NCBI RefSeq assembly: GCF_964213995.1
Contig: NC_135820.1
Location: 32,426,001 to 32,490,000, forward strand
Source of the DNA: Mustelus asterias
Taxonomy: Eukaryota
Direction of reading: 5' to 3'
Length of the DNA stretch: 64,000 nucleotides
The notes below the pieces were generated by a model. It saw only the letters and a program-made list of their open reading frames with translations, had not been told where the DNA came from and searched no databases. Positions 13,791 through 26,941 of the stretch are shown here, piece by piece. Position 1 is the first letter of the stretch, and every line of letters begins with the position of its first letter. The position numbers were made by a program, and so were the translations under genes.

Positions 13791-14104
13791 GGGCGGCATG
13801 GTGGCACAGTGGCACTGCTGCCTCACAGCGCCAGGGACCCGGGTTCAATTCCGGCCTCGGGTCACTGTCTGTGTGGGTTTGCAAGTTCTCCCTGTGTCTG
13901 CGTGGGTTTCCTCCGCGTGCTCCGGTTTCCTCTCACAGTCCAAAGATGTGCAGGTTAGGTGCATTGACCATACTAACTTGATCTTAGTGTCAGGGGATTA
14001 GCAGGGTAAATACGTGGGGTTACAGAGATGGGGCCTGGGTGGAATTGTGACCTGTGCAGACTCGATGAGCCGAAAGGCCTCCTTCTGCATTGTAGGGATT
14101 CTAT
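13791..14104 (+). mobile_element. V-SINE (HE1-like), full length, CR1-type tail
   Basis: A-box GTGGCACAGTGG, B-box GGGTTCAATTCC, V-domain and CR1-like tail. Confidence 0.92.
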
Positions 14105-14804
14105 AAGTTGAGGCAGCTTTTGAAAGAATTCATAATGGGATCCTTGGCTTTACTGATAGAGGCATTGGGTTGGATTTGAATTTACCTTACCTGGCCGGAC
14201 CAAAGGGAGGAAAGGTGGCAAGCGGTTGGGGATCGGAATGTGGGATGGGGATGGAGGGATAGGATGAAGGGGGCAGTAGAGGGTTTCAGCCTGTTTTTTG
14301 CTGACAATTAAAAAGAAACTTCACATCATGATACTTGAACTGACCATATCCATTCTCCACAAGCTTTTACATCTACTCCATAAATTCATGACTGCCGCAC
14401 TGTGGGTTATGGACCTTGGAATAATGAAAATTGGGTGTGCTTGAACTGGGTACTAATTTCCAGTGGCCCTGCTGACTTTGGGTTTTCCACCTGTGTGATT
14501 CACACCCTTTCCCCCTGCTAGCAAAATCTGCTAGAAATTATGGCAGGACTTCCGCATCCAGGTCCCACCATTTTGAAACATCTTCAGAGTCGGCTATACT
14601 CTGCAAAAATCTGGCCCCCAGAGTCAGAGGTCTCCCCTAACTCCTCCATTTTTCCTGTGCTTTGTTCACACTGTTTGTCCGTTGATGCAAAATACCCCAA
14701 TGCGGTCCTGTAAAAATCACACATATACGTAACACTCTTGTTGTTCAGGCCTTCTAGGGTGCATTCTCAGTGTTCCATCGGACTCCTGTTCACCTATATA
14801 TTGC

Positions 14805-16075
14805 AGCAACAGCAACAACTTATATTTACATAGCGCCTTTAATGTAATGAGACATCCCAAGGTGCTTCACAGAGGCACCACCGAACAAAATATGTCATCG
14901 AGTTACATAAGGAGAAAATAGGTCGGAGAACCAAAACCTTAATCCAAGAGTTAGGTTTAAGGAATATCTTAAAGGAGGAAGGTGAGGTGGAGAGTTGCCG
15001 AGAGATAATTCCAGACCTTTAGGCCAAGGCAACTGAAAGCATGGCATGATTAAAATTGGGGAGCCTTAAAAGGTCAAAATTAGATGAATGCGAGGGAGGG
15101 GGAAAGTGGCTTATGGGGCTGGAGAAGGTTCCAGAGATAAAGACAGTGCAAGACCATGGAGAAATTTGACAACGGGGATAAACATTTTAAATCAAGTCAT
15201 TGCTTGACCAGGAGCCAATTTAAGTGGGTGAGCAAAGGGGTGATAGGGGAAACGGGACTCGGTGGAAGTTAGGATGTGGGCAGCAGAGTTTTAGATGACT
15301 TCAAATTTTACAGAATATAGAATGTGACAATCAGCCAGGAATGTGAGAGAAAAGCCAATTCTGGAGAAAACAAATGGGAGTTTCAGCAGCAGTGAAGTCA
15401 GATAGTTTTATGGAGGTGAAAATAGGCAGTTTTAGAAATGGTGTGAATATGTGGGCAGAACATCATCCCGGGATCAAATATAACACAAAAATTATGGTTT
15501 AGTCTCAGACATTTGCTCTGCAATGGACATTGGAGCAGGGATGAAAGACAATGGCTTCAGTCTTCCCAATATTCAACTGGAGGAAGTTTATGCCCACTCA
15601 GTCGGAGTTAATGGATAAGCAGCCTGATGGTTTAGCAGCAATGGAGGAGTTGAGGGAGAGAAAGGCGGAGGTCATCAGCATACATCTGAAAACCAAAGTC
15701 AGTTTTCAACAGATGATGTTGCCGAGGGGCAGCATGTAGATGAGAGGTAGGAAGAGATTAATGATAGACCCTTGGGGCAGAACAAAAGTAATTGTGGGTT
15801 CAGGAAAAGAGGCAATTGCGAGTGATATTCTGGATACGATTAGAAGCTAAGAATGGAACCAAGTTACACTTAGCTGGACAACAGTGGAAAGGCAATGGAG
15901 AAGGATGGTATGGTTGGCTGAATCAAAAGGTGCAGACACGTCGAAAAGGATTGCGCAGGAAAGTTTAACTTCATCACAGTCACACAGGAAGTCATTTTTG
16001 ACTTTGGTAAGAGTTATTTCAGTATTGAGGCAGCAGTAGACCACTGATTGGAGGAATTTAAACAGGGTGTTCATG
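14805..16075 (-). mobile_element. L2 LINE, 5'-truncated and decayed
   Basis: ORF 15847-16074 (NTEITLTKVKNDFL...ILFDVSAPFDSANHTILLHCL) matches L2 RT STETAL..VTND..LLDLSAAFDTVDH. The 3' end reads AAAGGCGCTATGTAAATATAAGTTGTTGCTGTTG. Confidence 0.82.
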
Positions 16076-16279
16076 GAAATTAATATTTCAGAGCAACGTT
16101 TAGTTCCAGCTCAGCCAGAACAATCCATCAGCAGTGCAGAGATTTGAATTTAGGATTTGTTTTCACACTTAATTCCTATTTCCTTCAAGCTCTTCATGCT
16201 GTAGGGGTGACTAGCATTTAGGCTACTTCAACCATTTGATCAGAAGCCTCAGATCTGGAGTAGTTTATTGCAACATATT

Positions 16280-16924
16280 GGGCTGAACCTTACTGCCCCT
16301 TGGTGGGGGGGGTAAAGATGGTTACCCCCTCCAAAATTGGGTGCAGGCTCGTGACACCATTCCTGGCACCTCCCCTATACCATTGCAGTTTTACCAGTAG
16401 TGGGTAGATGTTTGGAGATCCATCACCTGTCCATGAGCCAATTGAGACCCTTAATTGGACTTTTAATGGTGCCAAGTGTCCAGCTAACAACAGTACAACA
16501 GGGAGGGATGGAGGCTGGGCAAGATATGGGGGTGGGCCAGTTTCTCCTTTTCAGGTCACTTATGCCAATCGGAAGATCTACTGGAAGGCTCCCCCTATCC
16601 ATGTCTCCTCCCATCAGTGGCTTTGTCCACTCCGGCTCCGGCAAGACCCCAGACTTACCCAGAAATCTGGTCTCCAGTGCAACTCACTTCACTCAATCAC
16701 TGCTGGGACTTTAGACTTGGCCACCTGATTGGCTAGCAGTTGTCAAAAGTGGGGTGTCTTTCCAAATGAGGGCAATGGTTGCCTCCTGAGTCAATTAACA
16801 GCCTAATGTCAATTAAATGACTGCAGAGTGAGCTGGCCAAACCTAAGTGGGCTCATCTTCGAGTTTTATACCGGAGAGCAGAGACTTTACAGCTCCTCCC
16901 AACCCTCGGCATAAAATTCAGCCC
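16280..16924. mobile_element. Non-autonomous TIR element (Harbinger-like)
   Basis: Termini GGGCTGAACCTTA and TAAAATTCAGCCC are imperfect inverted repeats. Confidence 0.55.
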
Positions 16925-16940
16925 ATCTTTAATGATAGTT

Positions 16941-17190
16941 GGAGGTCTTGTGTGCTGTAGGTAGCGTCCCTGCCTCTGAGCCAGAAGCTCTAGGTTCGTG
17001 TCCTACCCCAGGATTTGATGGCCAAAGAAGATGCATTCATAACACGGTCAACAGATTGAGTATCAACATGTAAATCCTTTCAAACACGTCAATAGCCGGT
17101 GGTAAGAGCAGGAGAGACTCCTGGTCAGCATTCTCAGTAGTGCCCGTCAAGCTACAAGCCCCTGGTGATAGACTAGTGATTTGTTCCAGG
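16941..17190 (+). mobile_element. tRNA-headed SINE-like element, distinct from the V-SINE
   Basis: A-box-like TGTGCTGTAGGTAG and B-box GGTTCGTGTCC. The body has no homolog elsewhere in the window. Confidence 0.5.
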
Positions 17191-18437
17191 AGTTGTTAGA
17201 TATGGAAAGTCTGCCTAGTTCAACTCTAGGTGTGGATAGAGAATTGGAATTACTGATAGCTGCTCATTCATGATGCAAAGACTGATTGAGCAAATGGCAT
17301 TGAAACATTTAAGGGGAATGTCAACAAAACTATGGGGCAGACTGGAATAGAAAGATCTGTTGGTAGGTTTTAGGTGGAGTATGAACACTGTTACTGATCT
17401 GTTGGGTCGAATGACCTGTTTCTGCACTGCACATTCCATGAAATTTTATATATTATAAATGCCTCATTTCTAATTTTGAAAGAAATACATTTGTTCAGCT
17501 TTATTTAAGCTGAACAATAAGGTTTTTGAAAATGTTATGAATCATCTGCCACTATCAGATGAAACTTTATCTGATGGTTCTAATATGAGATTTCCACATG
17601 AGTACTCAAGGTGTCTGGGGTCATATCATTCCAATTCCAAAATATGCCTTTATCAGCTTTGTCCATTTAGAATCTGACATCGCCCACTACTCTCTATAAT
17701 ACTTTTCTGATAAGAATGCTACTCTTCTGTCTGATTAACCAGGGAATCAAACTGTTTCGCTGACTATTCCCATTTGAATTTTGTTCCTCCCTCTCCCGGT
17801 GCTTGTGTAACGGTGTGAATCATGTCTCCAGTCTCACATTACAAGTGTTTTCATTACCCTCTGGAATGTATTGGTTTTTAACAACTCAAAACAGGAACAA
17901 GTAGATTATTGATTTGCTGGTAACGTACTGAGTTTCACAACATAAAAGTGACGACAGACTCACTCGTAGCATTTAGTCAGTCACTCAAGCTCAGCTAAGG
18001 CATTACGATCCCACAGTTACACACCTGCACTAAACAAACACACAACCTGCAATAGCCAATTTTTAATCAAAATAACATTGACAAAAAGTAAAAAGAAGCA
18101 TAACAAGGTCTCATTATAAGCTCAAAAAGTTGTAGTGGGTAATGGGAGGGCATGATGTAATGACACTAGTATCTTGGATTTAATGACACACTCTTGTGAT
18201 GGTTTGTCTGTCATAAGCACTTACCACAACCATTTTTTTTTAGTATTTACGAAAGGAATTCAAAATCTCTTTAGAGATCTGCAAACAAGAGCAAGACGCT
18301 GACAAAGAATTCCTTGTCTCTTGCTGAATTATTTAAGCTACTTCAAGTCCATTGTAAATAAGAGCATTTAATTTCCTTCACCATTTGAAGGGCTGTGATT
18401 TCATGCCCTCTTCCAGTCTTAAAGTACAGAAAATCTT

Positions 18438-19463
18438 GGGTGGGATTCTCCCAAAAAATTCGAAGTGCCAAATCTGCGTGAAAACTGGAGTAATTGGTTT
18501 TTTCAGCGGGAGTTTCAAAATGAATCTCCCACACACTGTGCACTGCAGAGTGCACTAACATAAATCACACTGAAAATCAGTGGGCAGGGCCTATTCCTGC
18601 TGGAGAGGCCTGCAGCATAGCGTTGAGCGGGCCCGTGCGCATGCGCCTATCTGTCAGCGCCTGTCTGCCGAACTCCTGATTGCTGGCCAGCTTGATTGCT
18701 GGCCAGCGTAAGTCCCACATCACCAGCTGTTCGACACCCCACAGCCCAATCACTGGCCCCTCGACCATATCTGGGCCTAGCTACGACACCCGCCCCTCCC
18801 CCCACCCCCCTTCACCTCCGGACAGTGCTGACCCACCCCTCTCCCTCCTTCCCCCACCGATCCTGTCTGCAGAGTGGCATCGGGACTCCCCCACCTCTCA
18901 CCAATCATCCCACCAGGCCATGACCCCTGGACCCCGCCTCCATATGCCACAACCCCTTGGCACTGTCCTATACCCGATGGGCAATGTCATGACTCCCCCT
19001 GGGCATTGGCACTTTACACCTTGGACAATGCCATGCAGGACAAGTTGGTACTACAAAGGTGCAATGCCTAGAGGGCAACCTCATGCAACCAACCCTCCAG
19101 GGGGCCCTGGTGGCACCCCCTTCATTCCAGCGGGGACGGGCTGCTAGGTCCCCGAAAGTGAGGAGCTAATGTAATCCTCACTGGAGTGAACCACTCCTAG
19201 TGGGGGGGGGGGGGGGGGGGGGCATTTGTTGGGAGGGAGAGGATAGCGGGCCTAGAGACTTCAGTTCTGGGCCCATTAATCATATTTGTATTATATTAAA
19301 TTCCCCCCCTGCATACCTAATGCAGCTCCATGCCTATTTCCGGTGCGGAGCTGATAGCGCCAGGAATCTGATAGCCCAGTGCGGATCATACTAATCCAGC
19401 CCCTCTGAAATCTCTTGGCCGCTGCATTAATAAATTAGCGCAGCGGGATGGGAGAATCGCCCC
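18438..19463. mobile_element. GC-rich non-autonomous TIR element (Harbinger-like)
   Basis: Termini GGGTGGGATTCTCCCA and TGGGAGAATCGCCCC. Contains a poly-G run at 19202-19222. Confidence 0.65.
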
Positions 19464-21092
19464 TCCCTTATATTGTTTTTTTTCTAAATGACCAACAGCT
19501 CAATTTCTAAAATCAGCCATTTGCTGCTATTGAACCCTTTGAATGATGTGAATAATACAGAGTCAGCACAATGGTCCAATTTACAGCTTTTGAATGAGTT
19601 TAGGGAAATAAGCAACATTATGAACAAGAGCGGATTAAGGATCAAGTTCTTGTACCCATGCTAATCAGCACTTTGGGAGATACTTTTATGCTGCCAACAT
19701 TTGCAACCATGCAACTGTAGAATTTTTAAAAAACACTTTCTGATGTCTGAAGTGCAAAAGGCAGTTCCCAGAAGCAACCCATAAGAGGGGTAGCATTATC
19801 ATGGTCACTTCATCCATATTTTTTTTTACCTGAGACAAGAGATGAGCAGTAGGCACACATCCCTATCTTCAGAGGATGTTTGTTATCTCAGCTGGACATT
19901 GCAATGTCCAATTTTTAGTTGGGAAATAGTCAATGGAGACGCCACATTTGGTCATATGAATTAGCTGATGGTTGGACAGCAACTGCCACTCAGGATCCCA
20001 TCAGCTTTGGATGAAGGTGAACATTCACGTTGGTTCCTCAATTTCAGATCTTTCTCTCTCCTGAAATCTGTGCTTGAAAAAAAATGCTGACTTGGAAAAC
20101 ATGAGTCAATCTCCCCTCAGGGATAGATTACTTGGTTAAGCAGCCTGACAACACTCCAATGCTCCGAACATGGAAAATGTCTGCTTTGGTGAAATACCAG
20201 ATAGATCCATTCTCAGTCAAAGATTGTTACTTTCAGAAGAAGAGAAGAAAATTGAAGAAAGAACACATGATCCCTCTCCCACCACATCACTGCCACACTA
20301 GACTCTCACTTTCACCTCTCCAGGAATGTACCTCTACCTTTCAGCATGCATTGAAAAATGAACTACATTCTGTTCTGAGCCCTGTCAATTATATTTCATC
20401 AGCAGGCGGGTTAGTAATTAGATGTCAGATTTAAAACAACTGACAATAATGCCGGGGCAAGAAAATGAGTTATCATGATTGAAAATTAATTATTTGGAAG
20501 GATGGTAAAGGTAGGTTCAGCAATAATTTTCAAAATGGAAGTGGATATATCCTTAAAATGAAAAAATATTACTGGGCTATGTGGATAAAGCAAGGGACTA
20601 CTTGGGTAGTTCTTTCAAAGAGCTGGCACAGGCATGATGGGCTGAATAGCCTTCCTCTGTGTTGTATGATTGCGACAATTCCCCACCTTTAGTCTTATTA
20701 GATCCTTGGGATGGATTGTGCAAAGCCTCTGACTATCCCTGCAAAGTTACTAATGTACTTAAAACAATATAAATAGCACATTGTATGCAAGGGGGACAGG
20801 AACCACTGACAGTAATTATTCTCAACTCTTTCATGGCACGTGGGTGCCGCTGACTCGGCTAGTGTTTATTGCCCATTCTCATTGCTCTTGAGAAGGTGGT
20901 GCTGCACCACCTTCTTGAATCACTGCATCCCGTGTGGTGTTGACATACCCACAGACTGTTGGGGAAGGAGTTTATTGGGTCCAAATTGGACAAACGATGG
21001 GGTAAAAATCTACCCCACAGGTTTTAGGATTTTGATTTCCATTTGTGTATCTTCTTTTCATTTTTCAAGTAAAGGAGGCCTTCCCGGGAACT

Positions 21093-21282
21093 TGCACAAA
21101 AACAGAAAATGCTGGAAAATCTCAGCAGGTCTGCATCATCTGTGGAGAATAGAGTCAACATTTTGAGACTGGACGATCCTTCATCAGAGCTGAAGGCAAA
21201 GAAAATAGGATGAGATTTAAACTGTAAGGGTGAAGGGGGAATGGGGTTTGTAATTCCAGCATCCGCAGTACTTTGCTTTTAT
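21093..21282. mobile_element. Penelope pLTR-derived insertion (family 2), one arm plus tail
   Basis: Matches 24966-25209. TSD CTTCCCGG(G)GAACT at 21080-21092 and 21283-21296. Decayed hammerhead on the minus strand (GAAA changed to AAAA). Confidence 0.75.
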
Positions 21283-21418
21283 CTTCCCGGGGAACTCCAT
21301 TCCTAAGAACACTGTGCGTGCACTGACACCAGATGGACTTCAGTGGCGGCAGCCCGCCACCACCACAAGGGATGAGAAACAAATGCTGGCTTTACCAGCA
21401 ACATTCACATTCCATTAA

Positions 21419-21960
21419 ATAGAACATAGAACATAGAATAGAACATAGAACAGTACAGCACAGAACAGGCCCTTCGGCCCACGATGTTGTGCCGAGCTTT
21501 ATCTGAAACCAAGATCAAGCTATCCCACTCCCTATCATCCTGGTGTGCTCCATGTGCCTATCCAATAACCGCTTAAATGTTTCTAAAGTGTCTGACTCCA
21601 CTATCACTGCAGGCAGTCCATTCCACACCCCAACCACTCTCTGCGTAAAGAACCTACCTCTGATATCCGTCCTGTATCTCCCACCACGAACCCTATAGTT
21701 ATGCCCCCTTGTAATAGCTCCATCCACCCGAGGAAATAGTCTTTGAACGTTCACTCTATCTATCCCCTTCATCATTTTATACACCTCTATTAAGTCTCCC
21801 CTCAGCCTCCTCCGCTCCAGAGAGAACAGCCCTAGCTCCCTCAACCTTTCCTCATATGACCTACCCTCCAAACCAGGCAGCATCCTGGTAAATCTCCTCT
21901 GCACTCTTTCCAGCGCTTCCACATCCTTCTTATAGTGAGGTGACCAGAACCGCACACAAT
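21419..21960 (-). mobile_element. Young 5'-truncated CR1 LINE
   Basis: Stop-free ORF 21515-21955 (FWSPHYKKDVEALERVQRRFTRMLPG...FFTQRVVGVWNGLP), followed by 3'UTR and a (TTCTA/TTCTATG)n tail. Confidence 0.93.
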
Positions 21961-22639
21961 AAATAATTTTTAAAAATACAGTGCGTGGATCATTACAACC
22001 CTTGCATTTGGTTTTGTACGTATTATTGTCTTAAGTACATGACCAAAATTGGCAAACAACTGTTTTGGCTGCATCATTGCTTTGCTTGTTATATCCAGTT
22101 CATTGACTGGAAATAAAGATGGTTTGGGATTTGCAATGAGAGAACTGAAGTACAACACCGCAGCATGTCATAGGATACATCAATCTGAATTTTCAATCTA
22201 AAATCTTTGCTTTCCCCCAACCCAGTAACTGCTTTATAGAACAGTATTCTGACAAAGTAAATCAGCGGGGGCCAAGGGTTAAAGACGTCTGATGGATATC
22301 AGCGCATTCATCTCAAACAGTGTGATTCAATAACCTGGGGTCTATTTCTAGGCAAGTGCTTTGTTTTCTCCAGCTTATTTTAGCTGAGATTTGCAACTGT
22401 TTAAAATAAATAAATTGAACATTTATAATGTTGCAGAAGCTGGTGCATCAATGGCCTCCTTCATTTGCAAAATGAAAGCAAGCTACACAATGTATATTAA
22501 TAATTCTCAAGGCCAATAATTTAAATCTTAGGAGTATATTCTCAGCTTGCCATGTGAGTGCATGAGCTGCGATTTCAGAAAGGAGAGCGCTTGGAGTTGG
22601 TGCCCTATTCAGATCGGTATGGAATTAGTTTGGGGATAG

Positions 22640-23128
22640 TGAGACAGATAAAGATAATAGGAATCTATTCCAACTGACCGGATGATGTGACGAGTGATGT
22701 CGTTATGGGATCTGCACTGGGGCCTCAGCTTTTCACTATATTTATCATTGGCTTAAAAGAGTGAGCTGTATCTAAGTTTGTTGGTGAGACTAGATTAGGT
22801 GGTGGAGTAAGCTGTGGAGATGAGTGGCAATAGAAAGTTGCAAAGGGATGTTGAAAGATTAGATGATCAGACAAAATGGTGACAGTCAGATCTAAGATAG
22901 GGAAAATATTTTCTAAATGATGAAAAGTGATAAATGTGGCTGAGTAGAGCAATCTGAAAGTTCATGTACAAAAATCACTTAAAACTAGTGATTGAGTACA
23001 TGGCCAGTGGATAGTTGCCTTTATCTCAAGGCAGCCAGGATACAAAGGGATAGATGTCAATTGCCTGGTTACACTGCATCTGAAGTTCTATATAGAGCTG
23101 TAGGCATCACATCTTGGAAAGCATGTAC
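22640..23128 (+). mobile_element. Old CR1 RT fragment
   Basis: VTSDV..GSALGPQLFTIFI and SKFVGETRLGG motifs. Confidence 0.65.
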
Positions 23129-23130
23129 TG

Positions 23131-23280
23131 ATTTGATTTGATTTATTATTGTCACATGTTAGTATACAGTGAAAAGTATTGTTTCTTGCACGCCATACAA
23201 AGCATACCATTCATAGAGAAGTAAAGGAGCAGTTGCAGAATGTAGTGTTGCAATCATAGTTAAGGTGTAGAGAAAGATCT
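23131..23280 (-). mobile_element. Rex1/Babar 3' tail
   Basis: Reverse complement of about 8180-8329 (ATTTGATTTGATTTATTATTGTCACATG). Confidence 0.8.
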
Positions 23281-24584
23281 GAGGTTCTTTTGCCAACCAT
23301 TCTGCAAGCTCATTAATAGCTTTAAGTTGCTGCGGTCATCCTCAGCAGTGATTATGACTGTATCCCTCTCAGTTTGGTATTGTCTGCAATTGTGTTTTTA
23401 ATTTCAAAGTCAAAAGCATTAATATAAATTGTGATCAAATGTGGTGCCAGTACAGATCCTTGTGGGCCCCCACGTTCCACATTTTGCTGCTCTGAATAGC
23501 TACCCTTTATCCCTACTTTCTGCTTTCTTTCTTGCAGCTAGCTAGCTATCCACATTATTAATTGCTTTAAGCAGCAAGCTGAGGGTCTACCCTTAAATCA
23601 CCATTGCATGTTAATTGCTAGAGCAGAGAATCTTGCGGCAAATTAATAAATTACTCATTCCCTCTCGTGACAGATAATAGCTGGACTATGTGATTTTTAC
23701 CACTGTATAGAGGGTGTCTGTGCCTTGTCTGAGTTAGACCTTTTGTTTTCGTCATAAATTAACACAAAATTAAAATAAGCTACGAGGCAAGCTGAATGAG
23801 TAAGTAGTTCTTGGAAGATTGTTTTTTTTAGGAAAAATAGAGACCACCCTTCACAGACACGAATTAGGAAAAGTAATCCTAATTGTGACTTCCTGGAGCA
23901 CTGACTCAGTCACTGAAATCAGAAGCCAGAAATGCGCATCAGAAATGTTGACCTTGTCATGCTGGAGCACAGTCTCAGACTCAAGCCTGACGGTTTTATT
24001 GGAATCCAGTCACAAATTGAAGAAAACTTCTAACAGTCAGCAGAAATATCATAGAAAAGAAAGCTTGGTCACCCTGTACAATTCTCAATGCACCAGGAAC
24101 AACTTGCAAACCATTCTATGCAGAGAGTTGCTTTATTTCTTATTTGAGCACAATTTCTCAGAGGATGATTTGATTCTTTGCTTCGACTATTTTGAAATAT
24201 TTGATATGTGGAAAAGGTTGCTGTGACTCTTTCAAAATAAATCTGAACATTCTCTCCTCTCTTTTATTAAAGCGCTGTTAGGATATTGTTTCATGGACAT
24301 TAAGCTCTTTAGTACACCACTCCTGTCACATAGACAGCAAGGGTGGAATTTTCCAGTCCCGTCAGTGGGTGGGAGTGGAAAATTTGGTGCAAGGCCAAAA
24401 GTCAGATTCCCGCCAGTGGAGAAACAAGTTAGAATTTTCCCCTTACCATTTTCATGGTGGGTTGGCTTTCTCCAGACCCATGTTGGGAACAATATTAGCA
24501 CAAAATGAATACTCATGAAACACCGCTCAGCAGAATCACGTCTCCCGCCCAATTACATGCCAGGCCAAGGGGAAATTAGACTGG

Positions 24585-24823
24585 TGATGCACCAGTTTGT
24601 ATGCAAGAACAAATAGGCTTTTGTTAACAAGAACTTGGAGCCATCCCTGTCGGAGATCTGGTCCGTGCTAAAGGCTAGGGGGAGGAGCCATCGCCTTTAT
24701 ACCCGGACCGGGGGAGGAGTCTTGGGCGGAGCCGGCAGGGATGTGCCACATATACAGATAATAACAGATACTAACTAACAGTGGTTAACCACAACAGATA
24801 ACAGCTAACAGTGGTTTACCACA
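24585..24823 (-). mobile_element. Solo LTR
   Basis: TG...CA termini, 5-bp TSD ACTGG (24580-24584 and 24824-24828), TATAAA on the minus strand near 24697. Confidence 0.8.
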
Positions 24824-24965
24824 ACTGGTCTACATCACAACCAGATATAAGTGATGTGCAGCTGCCCATACTCACTTCACTTGGACTTTTCAAAGCCTAC
24901 CTGCAAAGGCGCTGCTCCAGTTCCTCAGCGATGCCAGAGTTGGCCCACACTGATGGAGATGTATG

Positions 24966-25209
24966 CAACAAAAACAGAAAATGCTGGAAAATCTCAGCAG
25001 GTCTGACAGCAACTGTGGGGAGAGAATAGAGCCAATGTTTCGAGTCTGGATGACCCTTCATCAGGCAGCTCTGATGAAGGGTCATCTCGACTCGAAATGT
25101 TGGCTCTATTCTCTCTCCCCACAGTTGCTGTCAAACCTGCTGAGATTTTCCAGCATTTTCTGTTGTTGTTTCGGATTCCAGCATCTGCAGTATTTTGCTT
25201 TTATCCTAG
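24966..25209. mobile_element. Penelope pLTR-derived hairpin insertion (family 2), complete
   Basis: Inverted arms of about 100 bp plus a roughly 35-40 bp one-sided tail. TSD TGG(A/G)GATGTATG at 24954-24965 and 25210-25221. Confidence 0.85.
25067..25105 (+). ncRNA. Minimal type I hammerhead ribozyme motif (mirror copy on minus strand at about 25030-25068)
   Basis: AGCT-CTGATGA-A-GGGTC-ATCTC-GACTC-GAAA-TG-T-T-GGCT: CUGANGA and GAAA core, stem II GGGUC/GACUC, stem I AGCU/GGCU. The stem III palindrome ACGT appears decayed to ATGT. Confidence 0.65.
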
Positions 25210-25254
25210 TGGGGATGTATGGTGGGTCTGCTCACCATGGCTGCTTCAGGCGTG

Positions 25255-25950
25255 GAGCTGGGCTGGACAGCTCACTGTGGTTGTATGGGGTGTGGAACTG
25301 AGCTGAGCTGCTCACTGTGACTGTCTTGGGTGTTGAGGTGGACAGCTCACTGTGGCTGTCTCAGGTGTTGAGTTGGACAGCTCACCGTGGCTGTCACAGG
25401 TGTTGAGTTGGAGTGGACAGCTCACTGTGGCTTTCTTGGTTGTTGAGTTGGACAGCTCACTGTGGCAGTCTCAGGTGTTGAGTTGGACAGCTCACCTTGG
25501 CTGTCTCAGGTGTTGAGTTGGACAGCTCACCGTGGCTGTCTCGGGTGTTGAGTTGGACAGCTCACTGTGGCTGTCTCAAGTGTTGAATTGGACAGCTCAC
25601 TGTGGCTGTTTCGGGTGTTGAGTTGAAGTGGACTACTCACTGTGGCTGTCTCAGGTGTTGAGGTGGGCTGGACTGCTCACTGTGGCTGTCTCAGGTGTTG
25701 AGGTGGGCTGGACTGCTCACTGTGGCTGTCTCAGGTGTTGAGTTGGACTGCTCACTGTGGCTGTCTAAGCTGTTGAGTTGGACTGCTCACTGTGGCTATC
25801 TCGGATGTTGAGATGGACAGCTCACTGTGGCTGTCTCAGGTGTTGAGTTGGGCTGCTCACTGTGGCTGTCTAAGCTGTTAAGTTGGACTGCTCACTGTGG
25901 CTATCTTGGATGTTGAGGTGGGCAGCTCACTGTGGCTGTCTCGGGTCTTG
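25255..25950. repeat. Minisatellite with a 35-bp unit and some 40-bp variants
   Basis: About 19 head-to-tail copies of TGGACAGCTCACTGTGGCTGTCTCAGGTGTTGAGT. Confidence 0.95.
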
Positions 25951-26306
25951 AGATTCAAGGTTACTGGGGGAGTTGGAGAATCACCAGAGATCGTTCTATT
26001 TGCCACATCATGGAGGCTCCAAGTAGATAGGAGGACCCAAACTCTGACAGGGTGAGGGTCGAATCTGATCTCAATAGAAATACAACACCACCATCTTGAA
26101 TTCCCAAAGTTATGGCACAGTTTACAATTGAAACTGGAAAAGAATCTGCAAGGGAAGGGGCAGAGGCAGTGTGGGAGGAGTCCATGGCTGGACTCAAGGG
26201 CCCTAACAGAGGATATCCTCACACTGCTCAGAGTAACATCATGGGGAGGAGACTGAGCGGATAAAACTCGCCTTTGTGGAGGGACATAGCACTGCCATTC
26301 TCACAC

Positions 26307-26372
26307 CAGTTGTGGCATTTGCTACCAAATAAACCTGTTGGACTTTAACCTGATGTTGTTAGACTTCTTACT
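26307..26372 (+). mobile_element. Penelope pLTR fragment (family 1), single arm
   Basis: Matches about 53881-53946. TSD ATTCTCACAC at 26297-26306 and 26373-26382. Confidence 0.8.
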
Positions 26373-26941
26373 ATTCTCACACGCCACAGGGATGAGTCAC
26401 TGGGTGAGCGCAGTGCTGCCCCCAAGCTTGGTGGCATGAACAGACCGGGTGGAGGCTCGGTGGGTGAACAAAATGAAATTTAACGCCAAACATTCAATAC
26501 AAAATGGTGATTATCTACACTAAATTTTCCTGTACCCACCAAGTGCCTATTGCTTCCTCATCACCCTGACCCTCACACTATGACTAGGTGTATCCCCAGG
26601 ATGCACAACTGAGGTTGAGGTGGCCTGTTGACTTCCATACCCTTTTGCCTGAGATGACCTTGGTGGGCGTTTCCTGGGGGACAGGGACCTTGAGGGTCCA
26701 GGCCTGCTTTCAGACAGCACGGATGTTTGACTGCTTCCTTCGTCAGTGACAGGGTCTGGAGCTGTGTCCGGCAAAGGGAAGGGTGTGTCAGATGGGCCAG
26801 AAACACCGAGCTGGCTGGAGGACCCTGGGTTGTACTCCTGCCAATACCCTTCGGGTTCCCAGGGACCCATATGCTCCTCCATGGAATGGAGTGAGGGGTG
26901 TGCGAGTGGGTCCAGTGATAAACTGGGGGTGCTTCACTTAC

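Noticed and set aside
13791-13860. tRNA genes
   Set aside because: All A/B-box sequences continue into SINE or LINE bodies, and no stand-alone cloverleaf was seen.
25255-25950. 35-bp repeats resembling a CRISPR array
   Set aside because: Units are head-to-tail with no unique spacers, there are no cas genes, and the context is eukaryotic.
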